In this document: piece after piece, positions 11,702 through 22,052 of the stretch | Layout: every line of letters starts with the position of its first letter | Position numbering within the stretch: position 1 is the first letter of the stretch | DNA from: Lachnospiraceae bacterium | GTDB lineage: Bacteria > Bacillota > Clostridia > Lachnospirales > Lachnospiraceae | Assembly (NCBI GenBank): GCA_016286035.1 | Contig: JAEERY010000020.1 | Location: forward strand, 244,020 to 308,019 | Direction of reading: 5' to 3' | Length of the DNA stretch: 64,000 bases | Notes under the pieces: generated by a model | The model's input: the letters and a program-made list of their open reading frames with translations, nothing else | The model's database searches: none | Told to the model about the DNA's origin: nothing | Program-made: the position numbers and the translations under genes

Positions 11702-11745
11702 GAACCGGCCGTAGGACTATTTATGCAGCCGGTTCTGATTTTATA
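11702..11745 (+). terminator. rho-independent terminator after secA
   Basis: GAACCGGC...GCCGGTTC stem plus TGATTTT. Confidence 0.65.
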
Positions 11746-11796
11746 AAAATCTAAATTTAGAAAGTGTGGTGACGTTAAGTGGTTGAGTTAGATCAG

Positions 11797-12901
11797 ATGA
11801 AAAGCGAACTTATCTCCTACAAAAATCCATTAGCGGAAGTGAGGGATTCACTTTGACTTAGCTAATAAGGAAAAGCGAATCGAGGAGCTGGAAAGAGAGA
11901 TGGAGGCTCCAAACTTTTGGGATGATGCAGATGATGCAAACCAAAAGATGAAGATACTTAAGAACATGAAAGATACAGTGGAACTGTATGGCTCTTTGGA
12001 GTCCCAATACGAAGATATTGAGACTCTTATTGAGATGGGATATGAAGAACCGGATGAGAGCCTGATACCCGAAGTCAGAGAAGAACTGGATAACTTCATA
12101 GCAACTCTTGAGGATCTCAGGATAAGCACATTGCTTACTGGAGAGTTTGATAAGAATAATGCGATCTTAAAACTCAATGCCGGAGCAGGAGGAACCGAGT
12201 CGTGTGACTGGGCTCAGATGCTGTATCGTATGTATACGAGGTGGGCAGAGAAGAAGGGCTTTACGATCGAGATACTTGATATGCTCGAAGGAGATGAAGC
12301 CGGTATCAAATCTGTGACATTCCAGGTGAACGGTATAAACGCATACGGGTATCTTAAGGCCGAAAAAGGGGTTCACAGACTTGTAAGGATATCACCTTTT
12401 AATGCACAGGGTAAAAGACAGACTTCGTTTGTGTCTCTTGATGTAATGCCTGAGATAAATGATGATCTTGATGTTGAGATCAAGGATGAAGACATCCGTA
12501 TCGATACATATCGAAGCAGCGGTGCGGGCGGACAGCATATCAATAAGACATCATCAGCTATCCGTATCACTCATTTTCCGACAGGTATTGTTGTACAGTG
12601 TCAGAATGAGAGAAGCCAGTTCCAGAACAAAGATAAGGCCATGCAGATGCTGAAAGCAAAACTGTATATGCTGCGTATGGAAGAAAATAAAGAAAAGCTC
12701 TCTGATATAAGAGGTGAAGTCACAGAGATCGGATGGGGCAATCAGATACGCTCATATGTCTTCCAGCCATATACGATGGTTAAGGATCACAGGACAAATG
12801 TTGAGAGCGGAAATGTCGATGCGGTAATGGACGGAGCGATAGACCAGTTTATAAACGGATATCTTAAGTGGATAAATACAAAACCGGGAGAACAGGCATA
12901 A
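11797..12901 (+). CDS. prfB: peptide chain release factor 2, requires programmed +1 frameshift at 11851-11857
   Basis: Frame 0 reads MKSELISYKNPLAEVRDSL then an in-frame UGA at 11854. Shifting +1 (CUU UGA C) continues DLANKEKRIEELEREMEAPNFWDD... with the RF2-specific SPF motif and GGQ. Confidence 0.9.
11842..11857 (+). promoter_or_regulatory. RF2 autoregulatory +1 frameshift site (internal SD-like AGGGA, then CTT TGA C)
   Basis: Sequence GAGGGATTCACTTTGAC read directly. Matches the canonical prfB frameshift cassette. Confidence 0.85.
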
Positions 12902-12911
12902 GGAAACTGAT

Positions 12912-15248
12912 ATGGATATAATAGCAAAGATAACAGAAGAACTCGGAGTTAAAAAATGGCAGGTTGAAGCAGCTGTCGGACTGATTGATGAAGGGAATAC
13001 CATACCTTTTATATCAAGATACAGAAAAGAGGTTACAGGTTCACTTAACGATGAACAGTTAAGAGACCTTGATGAAAGGCTCAAGTATTTAAGAGGTCTT
13101 GAGGAGAGAAAGGAAAGTGTCCTTGCATCGATAGAAGAGCAGGGAAAACTGACTGATGAGCTTAAGGAGAAGATTCTTGCTGCCGAGACGTTGGTTTTGG
13201 TGGAGGATCTGTATCGTCCTTATAAGCAAAAGAAAAAGACAAGAGCAAGTGTTGCAAAGGAAAAGGGCCTCGAGCCGTTAGCCGAACTCATATGGCAGCA
13301 GGAGATGACAAACCCTGTTGAAGAAGAAGCAGTAAAATATGTGAGTGAGGAAAAACAGGTTGCGGATGTTACTGAAGCCGTTCAGGGTGCAAAAGACATT
13401 CTTGCGGAACGTATCTCCGATGAGGCTGACTTCAGAACCTATATAAGAAAAGCTACGATGGAGGAAGGTATCCTTACAAGTAAGGTCAAAGAAAAGGAAG
13501 CAGATTCCGTATATGAGATGTATTACGATTATGAGGAGCCTGTTTCTAAAGTGGCTGGTCACAGAACACTTGCCGTTAACAGAGGTGAAGCTGAGAAAGT
13601 CCTTACAGTCAAGGTTGTAGCGCCTGTTGACAGGATAATCAATTATCTGGAAAAGAAGGTAATCATAAAAGACAACGAATATACAACACCTGTATTAAAA
13701 GATGTTGTTGCGGACAGTTATGACAGACTTATCGCACCTGCTATAGAGCGTGAAGTCAGAAATGAACTCACAGAGAAGGCTGAAGACGGCGCCATATCCG
13801 TATTTGGCAAGAACCTTGAACAGCTCCTTATGCAGCCGCCTATCGCAGGTAAGGTTGTACTTGGCTGGGATCCCGCGTTCAGAACAGGATGTAAGCTTGC
13901 TGTTGTCGATGAGACAGGTAAGGTTTTGGATACCAAGGTCATATATCCGACTGCACCGCAGAACAAGGTCGCTGAAGCGAAGATTGAATTAAAAAAGCTT
14001 ATCAAGAAATATAATGTTTCACTTATATCTGTAGGTAACGGTACGGCATCCAGAGAATCGGAACAGGTTATTGTTGAACTTATTAAGGAACTTGATACAC
14101 CCGTACAGTATGTTATTGTCAATGAGGCGGGAGCATCTGTTTATTCTGCAAGCAAACTGGCTACGGAAGAGTTCCCCAATTTCGATGTAGGACAGCGTTC
14201 GGCTGCTTCTATTGCAAGAAGATTACAGGATCCTTTGGCAGAACTTGTTAAGATAGATCCAAAGTCAATAGGCGTAGGACAGTATCAGCATGACATGAAT
14301 CAGAAGAAACTTGGTGATTCACTTACCAATGTTGTGGAAGACAGTGTAAACAAGGTAGGAGTTGATCTGAACACAGCATCGGCTCCGCTGCTTGAGTATA
14401 TTTCGGGTATTAGTAAGCCTATTGCCAAGAACATAGTGGAGTACAGGGAAGCAAACGGCAGATTTAAGGAGAGAAAGGAACTCCTTAAGGTGCCGAAACT
14501 CGGACCTAAGGCATATGAACAGTGTGCGGGATTCTTAAGGATAAATGACGGAACCAATCCTCTTGATGCAACGAGTGTTCATCCCGAGAGTTATGATGCG
14601 GTTGCCAAGCTGCTTGAGAAGCTGAATATGACAATGGATGATATCAAGCAGTTGCAGAAACAGGCGGCTATATCCGGAAAGCAGAACCAGAAAGCAGCTG
14701 AGAAGCCTCAAAAGACAAAACGTCCCGAGAAGCGTATGCATATCGATACATCGACTGCGATGGGCAAGGCTTTGGCGGCAGCCATGGGAAATGTAACACT
14801 TGAACAGGCCGATGATAAAAAGAAAACTGATACGGCAAAGAAGAATGATACAACTTCTTCGCTTGCGAAAAAAGTGGGTGATACATCCAAGATGGCTTCA
14901 GAGCTGGGGATCGGCGAGATCACTCTTAATGATATCTTAAAAGAGCTTGAGAAGCCTTCAAGGGATCCCAGAGAGGATATGCCCAAGCCGATACTCAGAA
15001 GCGATGTCCTTGACATGAAGGATCTTACCCCGGGTATGCAGCTAAAAGGCACGGTTAGAAACGTCATAGATTTTGGTGTATTTGTGGATATAGGTGTTCA
15101 TCAGGACGGACTGGTACATATCAGCCAGATAACCGACAGATATATCAAACATCCTCTTGAGGCAGTTTCTGTCGGCGATATTGTTGATGTAAAGGTGCTT
15201 GATGTGGACATTGCAAAGAAGCGCATTTCGTTGACAATGAAAGTGTAG
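12912..15248 (+). CDS. tex: transcription accessory protein Tex (S1 RNA-binding)
   Basis: 778 aa. N-terminus ...IPFISRYRKE..., YqgF/HhH region, C-terminal S1 domain. Confidence 0.9.
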   Translation: MDIIAKITEELGVKKWQVEAAVGLIDEGNTIPFISRYRKEVTGSLNDEQLRDLDERLKYLRGLEERKESVLASIEEQGKLTDELKEKILAAETLVLVEDLYRPYKQKKKTRASVAKEKGLEPLAELIWQQEMTNPVEEEAVKYVSEEKQVADVTEAVQGAKDILAERISDEADFRTYIRKATMEEGILTSKVKEKEADSVYEMYYDYEEPVSKVAGHRTLAVNRGEAEKVLTVKVVAPVDRIINYLEKKVIIKDNEYTTPVLKDVVADSYDRLIAPAIEREVRNELTEKAEDGAISVFGKNLEQLLMQPPIAGKVVLGWDPAFRTGCKLAVVDETGKVLDTKVIYPTAPQNKVAEAKIELKKLIKKYNVSLISVGNGTASRESEQVIVELIKELDTPVQYVIVNEAGASVYSASKLATEEFPNFDVGQRSAASIARRLQDPLAELVKIDPKSIGVGQYQHDMNQKKLGDSLTNVVEDSVNKVGVDLNTASAPLLEYISGISKPIAKNIVEYREANGRFKERKELLKVPKLGPKAYEQCAGFLRINDGTNPLDATSVHPESYDAVAKLLEKLNMTMDDIKQLQKQAAISGKQNQKAAEKPQKTKRPEKRMHIDTSTAMGKALAAAMGNVTLEQADDKKKTDTAKKNDTTSSLAKKVGDTSKMASELGIGEITLNDILKELEKPSRDPREDMPKPILRSDVLDMKDLTPGMQLKGTVRNVIDFGVFVDIGVHQDGLVHISQITDRYIKHPLEAVSVGDIVDVKVLDVDIAKKRISLTMKV

Positions 15249-15266
15249 GATAGGTATAATTGAACT

Positions 15267-15695
15267 ATGGAAGAACAGTTCACGGATAAAGTCAGAGAAG
15301 CATATATACCCTATGACAACGGCTTTCAGAAAGCTGCAGGTATCATGGGGATAGCGGCCATAGCAACAACATTTTTCGGACTTATAATGCTACCGATGAT
15401 GCTTGGCGGACTTGCTGTGATCCTTGCCCTTTTATCAAGGGGTAAAGGATATATGAGCAGACGTGCCTACATGGGATTTACCTGCGGAAGCGTTGCTATC
15501 ATACTAAATATCCTGATAGTAGGATACGCTTTGTTTATGTTCTGCTTTAATCCTGTCTTTCGCAGTACGGTAAATGAGCAGAGCAGACGCATGTACGGAT
15601 ATACTATCAATGATATGATCAATGAGTCTGTGGGGAATGACTTTGATGTAGACAGTTATCTCAGAGACATTACAAAGAAGTTTATGCCGGATTGA
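15267..15695 (+). CDS. small membrane protein (2 TM)
   Basis: 142 aa with two hydrophobic helices. No recognisable catalytic motif. Confidence 0.35.
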   Translation: MEEQFTDKVREAYIPYDNGFQKAAGIMGIAAIATTFFGLIMLPMMLGGLAVILALLSRGKGYMSRRAYMGFTCGSVAIILNILIVGYALFMFCFNPVFRSTVNEQSRRMYGYTINDMINESVGNDFDVDSYLRDITKKFMPD

Positions 15696-15727
15696 CAGTT
15701 TTTCTTTGATGGGATGATTTTTGTATT

Positions 15728-16450
15728 ATGGGTTATATGACACAAAAAGAGCTTAAGAATATGGCGAGAGACAAAATGCTCGGACAGTACGGCACCGCAA
15801 TAGGTGCCTTTCTGTTTATGCGCTTCGTTCTGATGATAGCTTTGGGGGCAAGCTCAAGCCTGTTTGCAAATCATGGCATCATGTTCATGATAGCATCATT
15901 TATAATAGTTTTGTTTGAAGGAATATTTGCATACGGGGAGCTTTCCATATATTTAAAGATTTCAGTTGGTATGCCGACAGATATGACGGATGTGGTTTCG
16001 GCATTCAAAGGAAGTGCTGACAAAGCGATAAAATCAAGACTTATTCTTATGATGATCCTGTATGGATGCATGTATTCACAGATGGGGATTAAATACATAT
16101 GTGACAGATTCATAAACGAAACAGGAAGTATCATAACAAAGATTTCAGGGATATTGTTAGCAATACTCTGTGTATGGCTTTTGCTCACATATTCTCAGGT
16201 TATGTATTTTCTGCATGACTTTTCAGAGATAACTGTTAAGGAAGCCTGCATAAGGAGCAGAAGACTAATGCAGGGCAATAAACTGACTTTACTGTCAATG
16301 TATATAGGTTTTATACCGATATATATAGTGGGTGTATTGTCATGGATGGTTGGGTTATATTTCCTTCATCCCTATGTAAAGATGACTCTTACGGAATTCT
16401 ATCTGGACAGGGTCAAAAAATCTGAAAAGAAGGATGGTGCGAACATATGA
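15728..16450 (+). CDS. integral membrane protein
   Basis: 240 aa, ~5 TM segments. Confidence 0.35.
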   Translation: MGYMTQKELKNMARDKMLGQYGTAIGAFLFMRFVLMIALGASSSLFANHGIMFMIASFIIVLFEGIFAYGELSIYLKISVGMPTDMTDVVSAFKGSADKAIKSRLILMMILYGCMYSQMGIKYICDRFINETGSIITKISGILLAILCVWLLLTYSQVMYFLHDFSEITVKEACIRSRRLMQGNKLTLLSMYIGFIPIYIVGVLSWMVGLYFLHPYVKMTLTEFYLDRVKKSEKKDGANI

Positions 16451-18048
16451 AACTAATGTTTATCGGAGCGGATCATGAGGTTACAGGAAGCTGTCATTAT
16501 CTGAATGCGTGCGGAAAGCATATACTGATAGATTACGGTATGGAACAGGGTGTAAATGTATATGAGAATGCACCGCTTCCGGTAGAAGCACCGCTTATCG
16601 ATTATGTTTTTCTTACACATGCTCATGTGGATCATTCGGGAATGCTGCCTCTTTTATATGCAAAGGGCTTCAGAGGTCAGATCTTCATGACGGATGCGAG
16701 TGCAGATCTGTGTAGCATCATGTTACGTGACTGTGCTCACATTCAGATGCAGGAAGCTGAATGGAAGAGCAGAAAAGCCAAAAGAAGCGCCGATATTCAG
16801 TATCAGGAACCAATATATACAATGGAAGATGCCGACGGGACAATACGTCGGATAGTTCCGTGCTCATATGATAAAGAGATAGAAATCTGTGAAGGCATAA
16901 AGATCAGATTTACGGATATAGGACATCTTCTTGGCTCTGCCAGTATAGAAGTCTGGATAACCGAGGGCGAAGAATCCAGAAAGATCGTTTTCTCAGGAGA
17001 CATCGGCAATCTTGATCAGCCGCTTTTAAAGAATCCCATGAAAACTAAAGATGCGGATTATGTAGTCATGGAGTCAACATACGGAGACAGACTTCATTCT
17101 ACGGAAAGACCTGATTATGTCGGAGAACTGTCATCTATAATCCAGGAGACTTTTAACAGGGGCGGTAATGTGGTGATCCCGTCTTTTGCAGTCGGACGTA
17201 CTCAGGAGATGCTTTTCTTCCTTCGTAAGATAAAAGAAGAGAGACGCATTGTCGGATTTGAAGATTTTGAGGTATACGTAGACAGTCCTTTGGCTGTTGA
17301 GGCAACCGGTATATTCTTAAAGAACGGCATGGACTGCTATGACAATGAGGCGAAGGAACTTGTTAAAAAGGGTATCAATCCTATAACTTTTCCGGGACTC
17401 AAGCTTTCTATCACTTCGGAAGAATCAAAAGCCATTAACTTTGATATGACCCCCAAGGTAATCCTGTCGGCGTCAGGTATGTGTGAAGCCGGAAGAATCA
17501 GGCATCACCTTAAGCACAATCTGTGGAGACCCGAGTGTACTATTCTGTTTGTCGGATATCAGGCATACGGTACGCTTGGACGTGCATTGATCGAAGGTGT
17601 TGATGAAGTAAAGCTTTTTGGTGAGCCTATCGGTGTAAGAGCAAGTATAAGACAGCTTGCCGGAATAAGCGGACATGCTGACAGAAACGGTCTGCTTGAA
17701 TGGATCGGCGGATTTGAGAACAGGCCGACAAGAGTATTTGTTGTACACGGTGAAGACAGCGTGTGCGATGCATTTACTCAGACACTTATAGATGAATGTG
17801 ATCTGGATGCATATGCTCCTTTCAGCGGCACCAGATTCGATATGATAAGCAATACCTTTGATTATGAGGCAGTCGGTATCAGGATCGAGCCTAAGAAGAC
17901 GAAGAAGATCTCGACTGTATTCAACAGGCTTATGGAGGCTGGTCAGAGGCTTATCGGCATAATAAAGAAGAGCGAAGGATTGGCAAACAAGGATCTTGCA
18001 AAATTTGCTGATCAGATAAATTCACTTTGTGATAAATGGGACAGGTAG
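16447..18048 (+). CDS. MBL-fold beta-CASP ribonuclease (RNase J / CPSF-like)
   Basis: GADHEVTGSCHYL and THAHVDHSG metallo-beta-lactamase motifs, beta-CASP and C-terminal RNA-specificity region. Confidence 0.7.
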   Translation: MKLMFIGADHEVTGSCHYLNACGKHILIDYGMEQGVNVYENAPLPVEAPLIDYVFLTHAHVDHSGMLPLLYAKGFRGQIFMTDASADLCSIMLRDCAHIQMQEAEWKSRKAKRSADIQYQEPIYTMEDADGTIRRIVPCSYDKEIEICEGIKIRFTDIGHLLGSASIEVWITEGEESRKIVFSGDIGNLDQPLLKNPMKTKDADYVVMESTYGDRLHSTERPDYVGELSSIIQETFNRGGNVVIPSFAVGRTQEMLFFLRKIKEERRIVGFEDFEVYVDSPLAVEATGIFLKNGMDCYDNEAKELVKKGINPITFPGLKLSITSEESKAINFDMTPKVILSASGMCEAGRIRHHLKHNLWRPECTILFVGYQAYGTLGRALIEGVDEVKLFGEPIGVRASIRQLAGISGHADRNGLLEWIGGFENRPTRVFVVHGEDSVCDAFTQTLIDECDLDAYAPFSGTRFDMISNTFDYEAVGIRIEPKKTKKISTVFNRLMEAGQRLIGIIKKSEGLANKDLAKFADQINSLCDKWDR

Positions 18049-18055
18049 GTATAGT

Positions 18056-18904
18056 ATGAGTTACGCAGACAGAGTTTTTGTTGATATGTGCAAGGACATT
18101 CTTGAGAATGGGACAAGCACGGAAGGAGAAAAAGTCAGACCCCACTGGCCTGACGGGACACCTGCATATACGATCAAGAAATTCGGTGTTGTCAACAGAT
18201 ATGATCTTAGAAAAGAGTTTCCTCTTTTAACTTTAAGAAGGACGGCACTTAAGTCTGCAACAGACGAGATACTCTGGATATGGCAGCAAAAGTCAAACAA
18301 TATAAATGATCTTCACAGTCATATCTGGGATGAATGGGCCGATGAAGACGGTTCGATCGGTAAAGCCTACGGATATCAGCTCGGAGTCAAGCATCAGTAT
18401 AAAGAAGGCATGATGGATCAGGTAGACAGGGTCATATATGATCTTAAGAACAATCCGTTCTCAAGAAGGATCATGACAAATATCTATGTTCATCAGGATC
18501 TTCATGAGATGAACCTGTATCCCTGCGCATACAGTATGACTTTTAATGTAACACAGCGTTTAGGTGAAGATAAGCTGACCTTGAATGCTGTGCTCAATCA
18601 GCGTTCGCAGGATGTCCTTGCGGCAAATAACTGGAATGTTGTTCAATATGCGGTTCTTATGCATATGTTAGCCCGCACATGCGATATGTATGTTGGTGAA
18701 CTTGTGCATGTAATAGCCGATGCACATATCTATGACAGACACGTGGATATCATTAAGGAACTGATAAGCAGACCGCAGTATGATGCGCCTGTTTTTACCC
18801 TTAATCCCGATATCCATGATTTCTATCAATTCACCCGTAATGATGTTTCTGTTGAGAACTATCAGTATGGTGAGCAGATCGAAAATATTCCCATAGCAAT
18901 TTAA
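18056..18904 (+). CDS. thyA: thymidylate synthase (B. subtilis ThyA type)
   Basis: NPFSRR and catalytic Cys in LYPCAY, Asn retained at the dUMP-specificity position. True start MSYADRV follows AGGTAGGT, not the ORF-track Met at 18029. Confidence 0.8.
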   Translation: MSYADRVFVDMCKDILENGTSTEGEKVRPHWPDGTPAYTIKKFGVVNRYDLRKEFPLLTLRRTALKSATDEILWIWQQKSNNINDLHSHIWDEWADEDGSIGKAYGYQLGVKHQYKEGMMDQVDRVIYDLKNNPFSRRIMTNIYVHQDLHEMNLYPCAYSMTFNVTQRLGEDKLTLNAVLNQRSQDVLAANNWNVVQYAVLMHMLARTCDMYVGELVHVIADAHIYDRHVDIIKELISRPQYDAPVFTLNPDIHDFYQFTRNDVSVENYQYGEQIENIPIAI

Positions 18905-18951
18905 TTTTTAAAAATGCTTGACGAGGGTAAATAATAATGTTATGCTTTAAT

Positions 18952-18969
18952 GCGTCAAAGCGTTGACGC
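18952..18969 (+). promoter_or_regulatory. perfect palindrome GCGTCAA-AGCG-TTGACGC (candidate operator) in the 5' leader of the symporter gene
   Basis: 7-bp inverted repeat around a 4-bp spacer, plus direct repeat TCAAAGCG x2. Confidence 0.3.
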
Positions 18970-19009
18970 TTCAAAGCGTGTAAGTAAGATTTTTGGAGGT
19001 ATTATTAAG

Positions 19010-20590
19010 ATGACAGTTGTACTTAGTTCAGTTCTTCTCATTATATTCTTCGCTGTTATGATAGGCGTCGGAATATATACAAGAAAGAATGCGACAGATG
19101 TCAACGGATTTGTTCTCGGAGGACGTTCCGTTGGTCCGTGGCTTACGGCATTTGCATTCGGAACATCATATTTTTCGGCGGTTATTTTTGTAGGATATGC
19201 CGGCCAGTTCGGATGGCTTTACGGAACATCGGCTACATGGGCAGGACTTGGAAATGCATTCATCGGTTCGCTTCTTGCATGGAAGATACTCGGAAGAAGA
19301 ACAAGGATCATGACTCAGAGTCTTGATACAAAGACTATGCCTGATTATTTCGGAAAGAGATTTGAATCAAAAGGTCTTAAGATAGCGGCATCGGTTATTA
19401 TATTTATTTTCCTTATACCCTACACCGCATCATTGTACAACGGTCTTTCAAGCCTGTTCGGTCTGGTTTTTGATATGCCTTATTGGGTAGTTATCGCAGT
19501 TATGGCAGTCCTTACAGGAATATATGTTATATTTGGCGGATATATGGCAACAGCGATCAATGATTTTATTCAGGGAATCATCATGTTAATCGGAATAACC
19601 GCTGTAATCCTTGCAGTACTTAAAGACAACGGCGGCTTGCTTTCAGCCATGCAGGCTTTGTCTGCAGTAGAGTGTGAAGGATGGTCAGGCGGAGCATATT
19701 CATCATTTTTGGGACCCGATCCGCTTGCACTTGCATTTGTTGTAATACTTACATCTCTTGGTACATGGGGACTTCCTCAGATGGTTGGTAAGTTTTATGC
19801 GATAAAGAGCGAAAAGGATATACATAAGGGAACTATCATCTCAACGATATTCGCGATCATAGTAGCAGGTGGCTGCTATTTCCTCGGAGGATTCGGAAGA
19901 CTTTATGCCGACAAGATCACATACAACGAAGCAACAGGCAAGCCTTTGTTCGATACCATCGTTCCGGCTATGCTTTCAACGCTTCCGTCAGTGATAATAG
20001 CAGTAGTTATCGTACTTGTACTTTCAGCTTCAATGTCAACTCTTTCATCGCTTGTTTTGACATCAAGTTCTACATTTACACTTGATGTTATCAAGCCTTC
20101 CATGAAAGATGAGATGACAGAGAAAAAACAGGTATCCATCATGAGGGTATTTATTGTATTTTTCATTATTATCTCGGCAATAATCGCCGTGATAAAGGAT
20201 GCGAATCCGAGTGTGACATTCATAGCTCAGATGATGGGTGTTTCATGGGGCGCACTTGCAGGTTCATTCCTTGCTCCGTTCCTCTATGGATTATACTGGA
20301 AGGGTGCTACTAAGGCATCAGTTGCAGTATGTTATGTTTGGGGATGTGCTATAGGCATACTACAGATGATCATCTCACTTTGCAAGATCGATCTTAGCGG
20401 ATGCGGTGTGATTATAGGATACATATTCAAGTCTTCTATAAACTCGGGTGTTGTGGCTATGGTAGGCGGACTTATAATAATACCTCTTGTAAGTCTCTTT
20501 ACCAAGAAACAGGATGAGAAGGTAGTTGATGAGATGTTTGAATGCTTCGAGCACAAGGTATCGGTTGCTCAGAAGGAAGCATTGGATTAA
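19010..20590 (+). CDS. sodium:solute symporter family transporter (PutP/PanF-like)
   Basis: 13 TM. GGAGGT RBS 9 nt upstream of ATG 19010, so the ORF-track start at 18950 is too long. SSS signature region GxxxxGxxxFxxYxxG... Confidence 0.8.
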   Translation: MTVVLSSVLLIIFFAVMIGVGIYTRKNATDVNGFVLGGRSVGPWLTAFAFGTSYFSAVIFVGYAGQFGWLYGTSATWAGLGNAFIGSLLAWKILGRRTRIMTQSLDTKTMPDYFGKRFESKGLKIAASVIIFIFLIPYTASLYNGLSSLFGLVFDMPYWVVIAVMAVLTGIYVIFGGYMATAINDFIQGIIMLIGITAVILAVLKDNGGLLSAMQALSAVECEGWSGGAYSSFLGPDPLALAFVVILTSLGTWGLPQMVGKFYAIKSEKDIHKGTIISTIFAIIVAGGCYFLGGFGRLYADKITYNEATGKPLFDTIVPAMLSTLPSVIIAVVIVLVLSASMSTLSSLVLTSSSTFTLDVIKPSMKDEMTEKKQVSIMRVFIVFFIIISAIIAVIKDANPSVTFIAQMMGVSWGALAGSFLAPFLYGLYWKGATKASVAVCYVWGCAIGILQMIISLCKIDLSGCGVIIGYIFKSSINSGVVAMVGGLIIIPLVSLFTKKQDEKVVDEMFECFEHKVSVAQKEALD

Positions 20591-20615
20591 TAAACTTAAA
20601 ATATGATGATTTTGC

Positions 20616-20650
20616 AGGGAGCATCAGGTATGATGCTCTCTGTTGTTTTA
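20616..20650 (+). terminator. probable rho-independent terminator
   Basis: GAGCATCA...TGATGCTC stem then TGTTGTTTT. Confidence 0.45.
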
Positions 20651-20711
20651 TAGACTAATAAGGGTGTTTCTGATATAATTGTGAAGGATTATGTTTTAAA
20701 GGAGAATCACT

Positions 20712-22052
20712 ATGTTTGAGAATACATCACAACAGGAAGCAAAGGAACAGATCCTTTCCATGGTCGGAGAATACTGCGACAGATTTCATAATAAAAGAAA
20801 GGATTTTGAACCGGGAGACCGAATAACATATGCGGCCAGAGTATATGACAGAGCTGAGATGACAAATCTGGTTGACAGTGCTTTGGAATTCTGGCTTACT
20901 TCAGGAAGATTCACTGATGAGTTTGAGAAGAAACTGGCAGATTATCTTGGAGTCAGATTCTGTTCTCTGGTTAATTCGGGTTCGTCTGCAAATCTTATAG
21001 CATTTATGGCTCTTACTTCACCTTTACTTGGTGACAGACGTATAAATAGAGGTGACGAGGTCATAACTGTTGCGGCAGGTTTTCCTACTACTGTTACACC
21101 TATCATTCAGTATGGTGCAGTACCTGTGTTTGTTGATGTGACGATCGGACAATACAACATAGATGTCACAATGCTTGAAAAAGCATTGTCTGAAAAGACA
21201 AAAGCAGTTATGATCGCTCATACTTTGGGAAATCCTTTTGATCTTAAGGGCGTAAAAGAATTCTGTGAGAAACACGGACTCTGGCTTGTTGAGGATAACT
21301 GTGATGCGCTTGGATCCAAGTATACACTGGATGGTAAAGAATACTTTACAGGAACAGTGGGTGATATAGGCACTTCAAGTTTTTACCCACCTCATCATAT
21401 GACTATGGGAGAAGGCGGTGCGGTATACACCGATGATGCATTGCTTAACAAATGTATAAGATCGTTCAGAGACTGGGGAAGAGACTGTGTTTGTCCTTCC
21501 GGAAAAGATAATTTCTGCGGACACAGATATGACGGACAGTACGGAGAACTTCCTGCAGGATATGATCATAAATATGTATATTCACATTTCGGATATAACC
21601 TTAAGGCAACAGATATGCAGGCTGCAATAGGCTGTGCTCAGATAGAGAAATTTCCGTCGTTTGTTGAAAAGCGTATAGAGAACTTTAACAGACTTAAAGC
21701 GGGACTTGCCGGATTGGAGGATAAGTTGATCCTTCCTGTAGCAAATGAGAATTCTAAGCCCAGCTGGTTTGGCTTCCTAATAACAGTCAAAGAGGGTGTG
21801 AGCAGAAATGAACTCGTAAGATTCTTAGAGGATAACGGTATTCAGACTCGTATGTTGTTCTCGGGAAATCTTATTAAGCATCCCTGCTTTGATGAGATGA
21901 GAAAAACCGGTGAAGGATACAGAGTGGTCGGAGAACTTGTAAATACAGATCGTATCATGAGAGACACTTTCTGGGTAGGAGTTTATCCTGGCATGACTAA
22001 TGACATGATCGATTACATGGCAGCAATGATCCGTAAGTATTTTGAAAGATGA
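20712..22052 (+). CDS. rfbH: CDP-6-deoxy-D-xylo-4-hexulose 3-dehydrase (E1, RfbH/DdhC)
   Basis: DegT-family fold with His at the canonical Schiff-base Lys position (SFYPPHHMTMGEGG) and a [2Fe-2S] C-x-C-x7-C motif (CVCPSGKDNFC). Confidence 0.8.
   Translation: MFENTSQQEAKEQILSMVGEYCDRFHNKRKDFEPGDRITYAARVYDRAEMTNLVDSALEFWLTSGRFTDEFEKKLADYLGVRFCSLVNSGSSANLIAFMALTSPLLGDRRINRGDEVITVAAGFPTTVTPIIQYGAVPVFVDVTIGQYNIDVTMLEKALSEKTKAVMIAHTLGNPFDLKGVKEFCEKHGLWLVEDNCDALGSKYTLDGKEYFTGTVGDIGTSSFYPPHHMTMGEGGAVYTDDALLNKCIRSFRDWGRDCVCPSGKDNFCGHRYDGQYGELPAGYDHKYVYSHFGYNLKATDMQAAIGCAQIEKFPSFVEKRIENFNRLKAGLAGLEDKLILPVANENSKPSWFGFLITVKEGVSRNELVRFLEDNGIQTRMLFSGNLIKHPCFDEMRKTGEGYRVVGELVNTDRIMRDTFWVGVYPGMTNDMIDYMAAMIRKYFER

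Noticed and set aside
18029-18904. ThyA has PCA rather than the PCH catalytic motif, so possible altered specificity (dCMP/dUMP hydroxymethylase?)
   Set aside because: The B. subtilis ThyA-type enzymes also lack the His, and the Asn that determines dUMP specificity is retained. It is an ordinary thymidylate synthase.
18950-19009. Longer symporter ORF starting at ATG 18950
   Set aside because: It has no RBS and would translate through the palindromic leader. ATG 19010 has GGAGGT at optimal spacing and begins directly with the first TM helix.
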